Under the pieces are notes generated by a model. The model did not search any database, was not told where the DNA came from, and worked only from the letters and a program-made list of their open reading frames with translations. Made by a program: the position numbers and the translations under genes. Positions 28,005-40,300 of a DNA stretch of 64,000 nt are shown in pieces (position 1 is the stretch's first letter; the number at the start of each line of letters is the position of its first letter). This DNA is from an uncultured Acidobacteriota bacterium (lineage in GTDB: Bacteria > Acidobacteriota > Thermoanaerobaculia > Multivoradales > SZUA-115): positions 704,001-768,000 of the forward strand of contig CAWDVR010000001.1 of NCBI GenBank assembly GCA_963805975.1. Direction: 5' to 3'.

Positions 28005-29288
28005 TCATCCGGCTCCACCATGGTACACCGCCGCCTCGGGGCTCCGCGGGTCGGGCGCGATGCGATAGCCCTTGTTGAGCTTCACGATCCAGTGGAAGAC
28101 CTCGACCAGGGCGCGGTAGTGCAGCGGCATCTCCAGGCCGCCTCCCAGGAAGAAGACCACCGGCTTGACGAAGAGCGGCACCTGGTTGAAGAGGATGGCC
28201 GGGAACTGCGGCTCGTAGAAGGCGCGGATCATGCGGAAGTACTGCTTGGTCCAGCCCCGGATCTTCTTCTCGTAGCCGTCGAGGCTGGCGACGGTCAGGG
28301 GCCGCTTGCCGGATAGACCTTTGGAGAGCGCCAGCGCGGCCTCTTCGCCGCTCCGGAGCGCCAGCATGACGCCGGTCGAGAAAACCGGATCCAGAAACGT
28401 CGCGGCGTCGCCGGCCAGCAGGTAGCCGGGGCCCACGAAGTGCTTGGCGGTGTAGCTGAAGTTGGCCAGGGTGTGGGCGTCCGTCACCCGCTCGGTGCCC
28501 GCCATCCAGTCGCGCAGCCAGGGCGAGTCGGCGATCGCCGACTCGAGGAAGTCCACCGCGGACTGCGACGAGCCCTTCCAGCGCTCGTGGTCGACGACGC
28601 AGCCGACGCTCACCCGCTCGCGGGAGAGCGGGATGTGCCAGATCCAGCAGCCGCGCCCGAAGACCAGGCTGATGTCTCCCTCCCGCCGGCCAGGGTGCCG
28701 CTTGCCGCCTTCGAAGTGGGCGAAGTGCGCCACCTTGCGCAGGCCCTCCGCCAGCTCGCGGATGCCGAGCTTCTTGGCCAGGAAGGACTGCTGGCCGCTG
28801 GCGTCGATCACCCAGCGGCAGGAGAGCGTGTGCTCGTCGCCGCCGGGCCCGCGCACTCTGAGGCGCGAGCCGGTCTCTGCCAGGTCGGCCTCGACCACGG
28901 TGTGCTCTTCCAGCACCTCGGCGCCGGTGTCGCGGGCGTGCTCGAGCAGCAGGTGGTCGAAGCGCGACCGCTCCACCTGGTAGGCGAAGTTGTAGGGAGG
29001 CTTGATCAGCTCGCCGAAGTCGAGCGGGCTGGTGCAGGCGCCGTCGCTCGACAGGAAGAGAGCACCGTACTTGGGCATGAAGCCGGCGGCTTGCACTTTG
29101 CTCAGGACGCCGAGGCGCTCGAGCACCGCACCCTGGCGCGGCAGCAGGGACTCGCCGACGTGGAAGCGCGGAAAGCGCTCGCGCTCCAGGATCGTGGCGC
29201 GCCAGCCGTTCCTCGCGAGGACGGTGGCGGCGGCGGAGCCGGCGGGCCCGCCGCCGATGATGGCAACGTCGGTGGTGCGATCGCTCAT
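28005..29288 (-). CDS. Flavin-dependent halogenase-family oxidoreductase
   Basis: IIGGGPAGS, FPRFHVGESL, DASG, WIWHIP (WxWxIP), GDAATFLDPVFSTG. Confidence 0.85.
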   Translation of the reverse strand: MSDRTTDVAIIGGGPAGSAAATVLARNGWRATILERERFPRFHVGESLLPRQGAVLERLGVLSKVQAAGFMPKYGALFLSSDGACTSPLDFGELIKPPYNFAYQVERSRFDHLLLEHARDTGAEVLEEHTVVEADLAETGSRLRVRGPGGDEHTLSCRWVIDASGQQSFLAKKLGIRELAEGLRKVAHFAHFEGGKRHPGRREGDISLVFGRGCWIWHIPLSRERVSVGCVVDHERWKGSSQSAVDFLESAIADSPWLRDWMAGTERVTDAHTLANFSYTAKHFVGPGYLLAGDAATFLDPVFSTGVMLALRSGEEAALALSKGLSGKRPLTVASLDGYEKKIRGWTKQYFRMIRAFYEPQFPAILFNQVPLFVKPVVFFLGGGLEMPLHYRALVEVFHWIVKLNKGYRIAPDPRSPEAAVYHGGAG

Positions 29289-30655
29289 GGTTTCTCGGCG
29301 GCCCAACTGCGCAGAAGGCAGCGGTCCAGCTTGCCGCGGCCGGTGAATGGAAGGGCTTCGACGTAGCGCAGATCACGGGCGGCCAGCCCTTGCGGCAGGC
29401 GTGACCCGAAGGGTTGCGGTGCGCCGACCAGAAAGGCTACCACGCGGTCGCCGCGCAGCGAGTCCTCGACGCCGATCACCGCCGCCTCGCGCACACCGGG
29501 CAACGCGCGGAGCGCGGCCTCCATGGCGGCGGCCGAGATCCGCCTGCCGCCCACGTTGAGCAGGTCGGCGGTGCGGCCGGTGAGCCGCAGCCTGCCGCCG
29601 GGCGCCCACTCCCCGCGGTCGGCGAGCGTCACCCGCCGCTCGCTGCGCGGTTCCTGCCCCAGGAAGGCGAAGAAGTTGGCGGCCGAGTCGACGGTGACAG
29701 TGCCGTCCGGATCGAGCGCGACCTCCACGCCCGGCAGAGGCCGGCCCACCGTGCCCGCGGCCTCCGGCGCTTCGGGGGTGGGCTCGAAGCTGATCCCGCC
29801 GGTCTCGGTCGAGCCGTAGAACTGGCTCACCGCAAGCCCGGAGCGCGTGCGGAAGGCGGCGGCGAACTCCGGCGCCAGCGGGCCACCGGCCGAGATCACG
29901 CGGCCGAGCGCCAGGCCGGCCGGCCACTCGCTTTCCGCCAGGGCGCGGACCATGGGCGGCACCGCGGGAAAGAACGTGACCTCGCCCTCCGCCAGCGCGG
30001 CGAGCAGCATCGCCGGGTAGTAGCCGGCCTCGAGGACCAGCGGCGTGCCGAGCACGGCGAGCGAGAGCACGCCGTTGTCGAAGCCGTAGGAGTGGGAGAG
30101 CGGTACGGCGATCAGCACGCGGTCGGCCGGCGAGAGATCCATGCCGGCACCGATCTGCGCGATGCCGGCGGCCAGGGCCTCGTCTGTGAGACAGATGCCG
30201 AGCGGCTCGCCGGTCGAGCCCGAGGTGAGCTTGACGAGCGCGGTGCCGGCCGGTGTCGGGCACGGGGCGGCACCGGGTACCTCGAGCCGGAAGATGTCCT
30301 CACCCAGGGGCTCGCCACCGAGGGCGGAGTCGCGGTGGAGCAGCACGGCGAGCCCCAGGCGGCGGCAGAGGGCGAGCTTGGCCTCCGGCGCCAGGCCGGC
30401 GTCCAACGCCGCCATCGGGAAGCCGCGCCGCCGGAGCGCCAGGAAGAGCTCGGGGAAGGCGGCGACGTTGCCCACGCCGACCGCCACGGCACTGCCGGCC
30501 AAGGCGTCCGCGGAGGGCAGGCGGCGCTCCCAGGCCGCGGCTCTTTCGCCGAGCTGGCCGAACGTGAGTCGCAACCGCTCGGCGCGCGACCAGATCGCGA
30601 GCTGGTCGCGGCGGTCGTGGCAAAACCGGTCGAAGGCTTCGGCGATGGCCACCAT
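29285..30655 (-). CDS. AMP-dependent (ANL-family) adenylation enzyme
   Basis: LTSGSTGEP, PLSHSYG, FYGSTETG, VGRPLPG, LTGRTADLLNVGG, GKLDR; overlaps the halogenase start. Confidence 0.88.
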   Translation of the reverse strand: MVAIAEAFDRFCHDRRDQLAIWSRAERLRLTFGQLGERAAAWERRLPSADALAGSAVAVGVGNVAAFPELFLALRRRGFPMAALDAGLAPEAKLALCRRLGLAVLLHRDSALGGEPLGEDIFRLEVPGAAPCPTPAGTALVKLTSGSTGEPLGICLTDEALAAGIAQIGAGMDLSPADRVLIAVPLSHSYGFDNGVLSLAVLGTPLVLEAGYYPAMLLAALAEGEVTFFPAVPPMVRALAESEWPAGLALGRVISAGGPLAPEFAAAFRTRSGLAVSQFYGSTETGGISFEPTPEAPEAAGTVGRPLPGVEVALDPDGTVTVDSAANFFAFLGQEPRSERRVTLADRGEWAPGGRLRLTGRTADLLNVGGRRISAAAMEAALRALPGVREAAVIGVEDSLRGDRVVAFLVGAPQPFGSRLPQGLAARDLRYVEALPFTGRGKLDRCLLRSWAAEKP

Positions 30656-30692
30656 CGGAAAGTCCGCCTCGGACGGCGTCGGCTGCCCGCTC

Positions 30693-32489
30693 CTAGGAAC
30701 CTGGCGCCGTTGGCGCCCTCGCCTTCTGCTGCGCGATATACCAGTCCATGTGCTGCTCGAGGACCGAGAGCGGCATGGCGCCCGAGCCCAGCACGGCGCG
30801 GTGGAAGTCGCGGACGTCGAAGGCATCGCCCAGCGCGGCCGCCGCCTTGTCGCGCAGCTCGCGGATCTTTAGGGCGCCGGTCTTGTAGGCCAGGCCCTGG
30901 CCCGGGATGTCGGCGCCGTAGCGCAGCACCTCGGTGTCGATCTGCACCTTGGACTCGAGCGTGCGCTCGGCCATGTACTCCGCGGCCTGCTCGCGGGTCC
31001 ACTGGTAGTGGTGGAGGCCGGTGTCGACCACCAGGCGGGTGGTGAGGAACATCTCGGCCGCCAGCCGGCCGTAGCGCTCGTAGGGATACTCGTAGAGACC
31101 GAGCTCGGTGCCGAGGCTGGAGGCGTACTCGGCCCAGCCCTCGACGAAGGACGTGGCCATGAAATTGGCGCGCAGGGGATGGAGCGCGGTGTTCTCGTTC
31201 TGGAGCGCGATCTGGAAGTGGTGCCCGGGTACCAGCTCGTGGAAGATCAGCGACTGCGCCACGAGGAGGCTCCGCTTCTCGGGCTGCGAGCCGTTGTAGA
31301 AGTAGATGCCGCGGCTCTCGCCGGCGGTCGGCGGCTGGTAGTAGCCATAGGTCATCGCCCCCTCGAGCGCCGGGTCGAGCCGCAGGGTGGTGTAGGGCGC
31401 CTTGGGCGTGAGGCTGAACAGGCGCGGCACCAGCGGCTCGATCTTCGCCACGTAGGCGAGCAGCCGCTCGCCGATCTGCTCCGGGGTGCGCGCCAGGTAG
31501 GCGGGGTGCCGGAGGAGGATCTCGTGCAGCTCCGCCCGCGGGCTCGTGCCCATGCCGAGGAGGCGCTGGGTGAAGGCCATGTCCTTCTCGATGCGCGCCA
31601 CCTCGGCCTTGCCGCGCTCGTGAACCTGCTCGGGTGTCAAGTCCAGGGTCGTGTAGTGCCGCACCAGGTAGCGATAGCAGCGGTCGCCGTTCGGATACTG
31701 GCCGAGCCCGAGCGCCACGGGGGCCCTGGCCATGTAATCGCCCGACAGCTCGGCCACCAGCCGCTCGACCGCGGGGTTGACGCTCTCCTCGATCAAGCGC
31801 TCCGCCGACGCTCTGAGCTCCGCGGCCCCGCCCAGGGCCGCGATGCGTGCTTCGGCCGGAAGGAAGAGGCTCTCCGCGGCCGGGCGCGCCAGCGCCCGCA
31901 GGAACGGCAGCACCTTCTCGATCTCCGCCACCGGCAGGCGGATGCCCATCGCCGCCTGGCGCTGGAGATGCGAGGCGATCTGCTCGATGACCCGCGGGTA
32001 CTCCGCGAGGAGAGCCAGGTAGCGCTCGCCGTCGGCGGGCGTGGCGAAGCGGTGCTCGGTGAAGACGCGGTGGATGATGGGCAGGGGCGAGGCGTAGGGG
32101 GTGATGGGGAAGGTGAGCCAATGGAACTCGTGGCCCTCGATCGCGTCGGCGAGCTGCCAGGCGACGATCGCCCGCGAGAGCTCCTCCTCGTGCGCGAGGC
32201 CGGTGGCGTCGATGCGGTCGAGATCCGCCAGCGCTTGCCGGGCGAGCGCCGTCTCGGCCTCGGCTTTGGCAAAGGAGAGGTCCGGCAGGTGCTCGACGGG
32301 CAGGCCGCTTTGCAAGCGAAGGTAGATGGACTCGGCTTCCTCGTGCTCCCAGAGCCGGTCCATCAGCGCCGCGAGCTCGCGCGAGGCCGCGGTCGCCCGC
32401 ATCGGCTCCTTGACGCCGGGAGATGCGCAAGCCAGGAGGCCGATGACGAGCAGGACGAAGAAGCTGAAGGCGAGCGATCCGCGGCGCAT
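30693..32489 (-). CDS. DUF885-family metallopeptidase-like lipoprotein
   Basis: LLAC lipobox; FHELVPGHHFQ, FVEGWAEY, RLVVDTGLH, PGQGLAYKTG. Confidence 0.9.
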   Translation of the reverse strand: MRRGSLAFSFFVLLVIGLLACASPGVKEPMRATAASRELAALMDRLWEHEEAESIYLRLQSGLPVEHLPDLSFAKAEAETALARQALADLDRIDATGLAHEEELSRAIVAWQLADAIEGHEFHWLTFPITPYASPLPIIHRVFTEHRFATPADGERYLALLAEYPRVIEQIASHLQRQAAMGIRLPVAEIEKVLPFLRALARPAAESLFLPAEARIAALGGAAELRASAERLIEESVNPAVERLVAELSGDYMARAPVALGLGQYPNGDRCYRYLVRHYTTLDLTPEQVHERGKAEVARIEKDMAFTQRLLGMGTSPRAELHEILLRHPAYLARTPEQIGERLLAYVAKIEPLVPRLFSLTPKAPYTTLRLDPALEGAMTYGYYQPPTAGESRGIYFYNGSQPEKRSLLVAQSLIFHELVPGHHFQIALQNENTALHPLRANFMATSFVEGWAEYASSLGTELGLYEYPYERYGRLAAEMFLTTRLVVDTGLHHYQWTREQAAEYMAERTLESKVQIDTEVLRYGADIPGQGLAYKTGALKIRELRDKAAAALGDAFDVRDFHRAVLGSGAMPLSVLEQHMDWYIAQQKARAPTAPGS

Positions 32490-32649
32490 CGGAGGTTCCT
32501 TTCGAAGCGAAGGCGGCGAGCCTACCACCGCCGTCGGCTGTCCGAAGGGAGCCACCGGAGAGGGTGGCCGAGGCTGCAAGTCGGCTCGCTCCACTCGATC
32601 ACGTTGCGCTCGCCGACTTGCGGCCTCGGCGCCAGGAAGAGCGCTGCCC

Positions 32650-33981
32650 CTACGGCACGGTGAGAGACCAGGCGCTGGTGTCGCCGCTCTCGAAGCCGTC
32701 GATGAAGATGTCGCCCAGGGCCGCCCAATCCGTGCAGCCGCCACCCTCGTGGATGCAGCTCACGTTGCCGTTCCAGTTCGACAGCAGGTACAGCTCGCCC
32801 AACTGGTCCTGGCCAAATCCGAAGGGCCCCTGGCTCGAGCCCACCAGGGTGCTGGCCCAGGGGACCGGTCCCGGTGATGCCAGCCAGACCTGGCCGTTGC
32901 TGGCGTCGCCGTAGATGTAGCGGCCGCCCAGGTCGTTGGCGGCGAAAGTGCCGCGATACAGGAAGCCGCCCATCACCGAGCGCCAGTTCCCGCCGGCGCC
33001 GGCGTTGGCTTCCTGGCGCACCGGATCAGTGAAGCTGGCACCGCAGCCCTGTGGCGGGTTGCTGCAGCCGGAGGCGTCGAAGCCTTCGCGGCAGGGCCAG
33101 CCGAAGTTGATCGGCGCACCCGCGGTCACCGAGCCGGCCACTAGCCGGTTGACCTCCTCCCAGTCGTCCTGGCCCACGTCGCCGATGTAGATGTCGCCGT
33201 TCGAGCGGTCGAAGTTGAAGCGGAAGGGGTTGCGCAGGCCGAGCACCCAGATCTCGTCGGCACCGGCGACGCCCACCAGTGGGTTCCCCGGCGGGAGCGC
33301 GTAGTTGCGCAGGGCGTCGGCGGGATAGGCATCGGCGCCGTCGACGTCGAGCCGCAGCATCTTGCCCAGGAGCTGGTTCACGTCCTGGCCGCTGTGCGCC
33401 GTCGAGTCGCAGCTTCCGCCACCGTCGCCGAGGGTGATGTACAAATAGCCGTCCGCGCCGAACTTCAGGTCGCCGCCGTTGTGGTTGCTGTCGGAATGGC
33501 CTACCACGAGGATGATCTGGGCGGTGGCCGGGTCGAGGCGCTCGGGGTTGCCCGCGTCCCGCGTGTAGCGCTCGATGACGATGTCGCCGGTGTTGATGCC
33601 GCCCGCGCCGTCCCAGTTGCGGCTGGTGTAGTAGAGGTAGGCGAAGCCGTTGCTCGCGTAGTCCGGGTGCACGGTCATCGCCAGCAGGCCGCGCTCGCCG
33701 CCATAGAGCACCTTGCGCTGGGCCTCGGGCACCGCGGCGTCGTTGCGCAGGTCGAGGAAGGGCGTCGCGAGCACGGTCGAGCCGTCCCACACCATGATGT
33801 CGCCTTCCTGCTGTGCCACGAAGCGGTGGGAGCGGCCGTCCGGCGGGTCCAGGAAGGCCGTGGGCTCGTCGAGCCCGGTGATGAGCGGGGTGAAGGTGAC
33901 CGCGGCCCGGGCCGGAAGAACGGCCGCCGCCACGAGGGCTACGGCCAGGAGGCCGATTCTCTGCGTGGGAGCTGATCTCAT
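32650..33981 (-). CDS. PQQ-dependent sugar dehydrogenase (GSDH) family secreted protein
   Basis: ERGLLAM, NHNGGDLKFG, LGDGG, GLRNPFRF, GDVGQDDWEE, NFGWP; C-terminal IFIDGFESGDTSAWS. Confidence 0.9.
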   Translation of the reverse strand: MRSAPTQRIGLLAVALVAAAVLPARAAVTFTPLITGLDEPTAFLDPPDGRSHRFVAQQEGDIMVWDGSTVLATPFLDLRNDAAVPEAQRKVLYGGERGLLAMTVHPDYASNGFAYLYYTSRNWDGAGGINTGDIVIERYTRDAGNPERLDPATAQIILVVGHSDSNHNGGDLKFGADGYLYITLGDGGGSCDSTAHSGQDVNQLLGKMLRLDVDGADAYPADALRNYALPPGNPLVGVAGADEIWVLGLRNPFRFNFDRSNGDIYIGDVGQDDWEEVNRLVAGSVTAGAPINFGWPCREGFDASGCSNPPQGCGASFTDPVRQEANAGAGGNWRSVMGGFLYRGTFAANDLGGRYIYGDASNGQVWLASPGPVPWASTLVGSSQGPFGFGQDQLGELYLLSNWNGNVSCIHEGGGCTDWAALGDIFIDGFESGDTSAWSLTVP

Positions 33982-34097
33982 GGGAACTCCTCGTGAGAAT
34001 TGAGGAAATAGATGGGCTGCAATCTAAAGGCCAGGACGACAGAAGACCCTTCGATCAGAGCACAGCCTGCCAGAGGCCGGAAGTGAGGTACTTCACA

Positions 34098-34123
34098 GGC
34101 ACGCTCACGCTGCGGAGCGTGCC
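34098..34123. terminator. GC-rich hairpin downstream of lpdA (terminator- or REP-like)
   Basis: GGCACGCTC (34098-34106), 8-nt loop, GAGCGTGCC (34115-34123); no clear U-tract. Confidence 0.4.
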
Positions 34124-34185
34124 CATACTTGCCGGGTGGACCTGACGGTTTTTCCGGGCGGTGACTCAGAGCGTTCCCGGCGCGT

Positions 34186-36012
34186 CTACCGTTTCTTCCT
34201 CGGCAAGTACAGATCCGTCACCGTCCCCTCGAACATCTCTGCCGCCATGGCGATGGTCTCTGACAGCGTCGGATGCGGGTGGATGGTGAGAGCGAGGTCT
34301 GCGGCTTCGGAGTTCATCTCGATCGCCAGCGCGGCCTCGGAGATGAGGTCGCCGGCGTTGGGGCCCACGGCGCCGGCGCCGAGCAGACGGCGGGTCGTAG
34401 GGTCGAAGAGCAGTTTGGTGGTGCCTTCGGTGCGCGCGAGGGACATGGCCCGTCCGCTCGCGGCCCAGGGGAAGCTCGCCTTCTCGTAGGCGACCTTCTT
34501 TTCCTTCGCTTCTTTCTCGGTCAGGCCCACCCAGGCGATCTCCGGGTCGGTGTAGGCGACCGACGGGATCACCCGCGCATCGAAGTAGCTCTTCTCACCG
34601 GCCGCCGCCTCGGCCGCCACCTTGGCCTCGTGCTGCGCCTTGTGCGCCAGCATGGGCGGTCGGGCCACGTCGCCGATGGCGAAGATGTGTGGCACGTTCG
34701 TGCGCATCTGGCGATCCACCGGCAGGAAGCCCCGGTCGGTGACCTCGAGCCCCGCGGCCTGGGCGTGGATCTGGTCGCCGTTCGGCCGGCGGCCCACGGC
34801 CACCAGCACGCGGTCGAACTCCCCCTGGGCCGGCGCCTTCGGGCCGTCGAACGAGGCGACGAGGTGCTCCTTCTTCGCCTCGAGCCGGGTCACCTTGGTC
34901 TCGAGATGGATGGCGTCGTAGCGGCCCGCGAGCCGCTTGGCGAGCGGCTTCACGAGGTCGGCGTCGCACTCGGGGATGAGCTGCTTCATCAGCTCGACGA
35001 GGGTCACCCGCGAGCCGAGCGCGGAGTACACGCAGGCCATCTCGAGGCCGATGATGCCGCCGCCCACCACCAGCAGGCGCTCCGGCACCTCCTCCAGGAG
35101 CAGGGCGCCGGTCGAGTCCATGACCCGCGGGTCGTCGAGGTCGAAGGCCGGGAGCTTCGTGACCCGCGAGCCCACCGCCACGATGGCCTGGTCGAAGGAG
35201 AGGGAGCGCGTGCCGCCGTCGCCCGTGACCTCGATCGCATGCGGGCCGGTGAAGCGGCCGGTGCCGTGGACCACGGTCACCCCGCGGCGCTGGGCCAGCA
35301 CGGCGAGGTTGCCGGTCATCTTGTCGACCACTCCCTGCTTCCAGCCGGCGAGCCGTGGCAGATCGATCCGCAGCTCGCCGAAGGTCACGCCGTGGGCCGC
35401 CAGGTCCGCGGCCTCGTCGATCACCTTGGCCGCGTGCAGCAAGGCTTTGGACGGGATGCAGCCCACGTTGAGGCAGACGCCGCCGAGCGACGGATAGCGC
35501 TCGACCAGCGTCACCTCGAGCCCGAGGTCCGCGGCGCGGAAGGCGGCGGTGTAGCCGCCGGGGCCGGAACCCAGAACCAGCAGTCGGCGGCCCGGTGACG
35601 GACCGGCCGCGGGCTTGGTGGAAGGTGCCGACTGCTCTTGGGCGGGTTGGGGAGGCTCGTCTTCAGAGACCACTGTCTCGGGAGCCTCTTCCGGCTGGCG
35701 CGCCTCGGCGGCGGGAGCCGGCTCCCGGGTCTCGGCCTGGTCTCGCGCCGGCGCCTCGGCCCCCTCTTCGGCGGCCAGGGTCAGCACCAGGTCGCCTTCC
35801 TTGACCTTGGCCTGCAACGCGACCCGGATCTCCTGCACCACGCCGGCGGCGGGAGCGGGCAGGTCCATGCTCGCCTTGTCGGTCGCCAGCACTACGAGGC
35901 CGTCGTCCTTGGCCACGCGCTGGCCGGGCGAGACCAGGATCTCCACCACGTCCACCGCGTCGGCGCCGCCGACGTCGGGAACCCGGACTTCGATCAAGTT
36001 TCCTGCGCTCAT
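34186..36012 (-). CDS. lpdA: Dihydrolipoamide dehydrogenase with an N-terminal lipoyl domain
   Basis: TDKASM lipoyl motif; GSGPGG, GGVCLNVGCIPSK, GGGIIG, HPHPTLSE. Confidence 0.95.
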   Translation of the reverse strand: MSAGNLIEVRVPDVGGADAVDVVEILVSPGQRVAKDDGLVVLATDKASMDLPAPAAGVVQEIRVALQAKVKEGDLVLTLAAEEGAEAPARDQAETREPAPAAEARQPEEAPETVVSEDEPPQPAQEQSAPSTKPAAGPSPGRRLLVLGSGPGGYTAAFRAADLGLEVTLVERYPSLGGVCLNVGCIPSKALLHAAKVIDEAADLAAHGVTFGELRIDLPRLAGWKQGVVDKMTGNLAVLAQRRGVTVVHGTGRFTGPHAIEVTGDGGTRSLSFDQAIVAVGSRVTKLPAFDLDDPRVMDSTGALLLEEVPERLLVVGGGIIGLEMACVYSALGSRVTLVELMKQLIPECDADLVKPLAKRLAGRYDAIHLETKVTRLEAKKEHLVASFDGPKAPAQGEFDRVLVAVGRRPNGDQIHAQAAGLEVTDRGFLPVDRQMRTNVPHIFAIGDVARPPMLAHKAQHEAKVAAEAAAGEKSYFDARVIPSVAYTDPEIAWVGLTEKEAKEKKVAYEKASFPWAASGRAMSLARTEGTTKLLFDPTTRRLLGAGAVGPNAGDLISEAALAIEMNSEAADLALTIHPHPTLSETIAMAAEMFEGTVTDLYLPRKKR

Positions 36013-36019
36013 CGTCGTC

Positions 36020-37447
36020 CTACAGCAGCAGGCGCCGGATGTCGCCGAGCACCTTGCCCAGGAAGGTGGTGAAGCGCGCGGCCGCGGCGCCGTCGATCAC
36101 CCGGTGGTCGTAGGAGAGCGAGAGCGGCAGCATCAGGCGCGGCACCCACTGGCCGTCTTTCCACACCGGCCGCGTGGCGGTGCGGGAGACGCCCAGGATC
36201 GCCACCTCCGGCGCGTTGACGATCGGCGTGAAGGCCGTGCCGCCGATGCCGCCGAGGCTCGATATGGAGAAGGTGCCGCCGCCCAGGTCGTCGAGCTTGA
36301 GCTTGCCCTCGCGGGCGCGGGCCGAGACCTCCGCGAGCTCGCGCGCCAGCTCGATCAGGCCCTTCTGGTCCACATCGCGGATCACCGGCACCACCAGGCC
36401 CTCCGGGGTGTCGACGGCGATCCCGAGATGGAAGTACTTCTTGACCACCAGGCTAAGACCGTCCGGTGCCAGCGACGAGTTGAAGTCCGGATACTCCGCC
36501 AGCGCGGCGGTCGAGGCTTTGAGCAGGAAGGGCAGGAAGGTGAGCTTGACTCCTCTGGCCTCCGCTTCCTCGCCCTGCTGCTTGCGGAAGGCCTCGAGGT
36601 CGGTCACGTCGGCCTCGTCGTGCTGCGTGACGTGCGGCACGTTCAGCCAGGAGCGGTGGAGGTTGGCACCGGTGGCGCGCCGGATGCGCGACAACGGCTT
36701 GGACTCGACAGGGCCGAACTTCGAGAAGTCCACGGCCGGGATGGGCGGGATGCCCATGCCACCGGCCACCGCGCCCCCGGTGGAGGCCGCAGCCGCCGGC
36801 TCCGCGTTGAGCGCCAGCTTGACGAAGCCACGCACGTCGTCCTCGGTGATCCGCTCTTTTCGACCGGTGCCCCGCATCCGTCCGAGGTCCACACCCAGCT
36901 CGCGCGCGAACCTGCGTACGGCCGGGCTGGCGTAGGCGCGGGCCGTCTCGAGGTCGAACGCGGGGTAGGGCGCCGCGGTGGGCAATCCGGCCTGTTGGGG
37001 TGCGGGCGCCTGCTGCGGTGCGGGGGCGGATTGGGGCTCGGGCTGGGGATCGGGCGGCGGCGCGGATGCAGGTGCCGGCTCCGGCTGGGGTGTCGACGCC
37101 GGGGCCAGCTCCGACTTCGGAGGCTCCGCCGGCTGCTCTCTCGTCTCCTGTTTCTCCTGTTGCTTGGGGGGGGCAGGGGCGGGCGCGGCTGGTGCAGCCT
37201 TCTCGTCTCCCGCTTCGACGAGCAGGAGGAGCGTGCCCTCGCTGACCTTGTCGCCCTTCTGGACCTTCACCTCCCGGACCACGCCGCCGAACGGCGCGGG
37301 CACGTCCATGCTCGCTTTGTCGCTCTCCAGGGTGACCAGCGAGTCGTCCTTCCCGACCGAGTCTCCCGGCTTCACCAGGACGTCGATCACGTCCACGGTG
37401 TCGAAGCCCCCGATGTCGGGGACGGTCACTTCTTTCAGTTGCGCCAT
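36020..37447 (-). CDS. aceF: Pyruvate dehydrogenase E2 (single lipoyl domain)
   Basis: ESDKASM, YASPAVRR, SLGGIGGT, SYDHRVIDG. Confidence 0.95.
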   Translation of the reverse strand: MAQLKEVTVPDIGGFDTVDVIDVLVKPGDSVGKDDSLVTLESDKASMDVPAPFGGVVREVKVQKGDKVSEGTLLLLVEAGDEKAAPAAPAPAPPKQQEKQETREQPAEPPKSELAPASTPQPEPAPASAPPPDPQPEPQSAPAPQQAPAPQQAGLPTAAPYPAFDLETARAYASPAVRRFARELGVDLGRMRGTGRKERITEDDVRGFVKLALNAEPAAAASTGGAVAGGMGIPPIPAVDFSKFGPVESKPLSRIRRATGANLHRSWLNVPHVTQHDEADVTDLEAFRKQQGEEAEARGVKLTFLPFLLKASTAALAEYPDFNSSLAPDGLSLVVKKYFHLGIAVDTPEGLVVPVIRDVDQKGLIELARELAEVSARAREGKLKLDDLGGGTFSISSLGGIGGTAFTPIVNAPEVAILGVSRTATRPVWKDGQWVPRLMLPLSLSYDHRVIDGAAAARFTTFLGKVLGDIRRLLL

Positions 37448-37463
37448 CGCTTCACTCTCCCGC

Positions 37464-40145
<2,682 letters not shown>

Positions 40146-40300
40146 GTAGATCCTCTGGGGCACTGGAACAGTCAGGGGCCGCAGGCGGCGACGCTCTCAC
40201 CGCGCCGCGCGGAACAGGCATTATGTCAGGATGCACCAGCGGCACGAACCGGAGGCCCGCCCTGCTCAGATTGAGAACACCGTCTTCCGGCAATGGAGTA

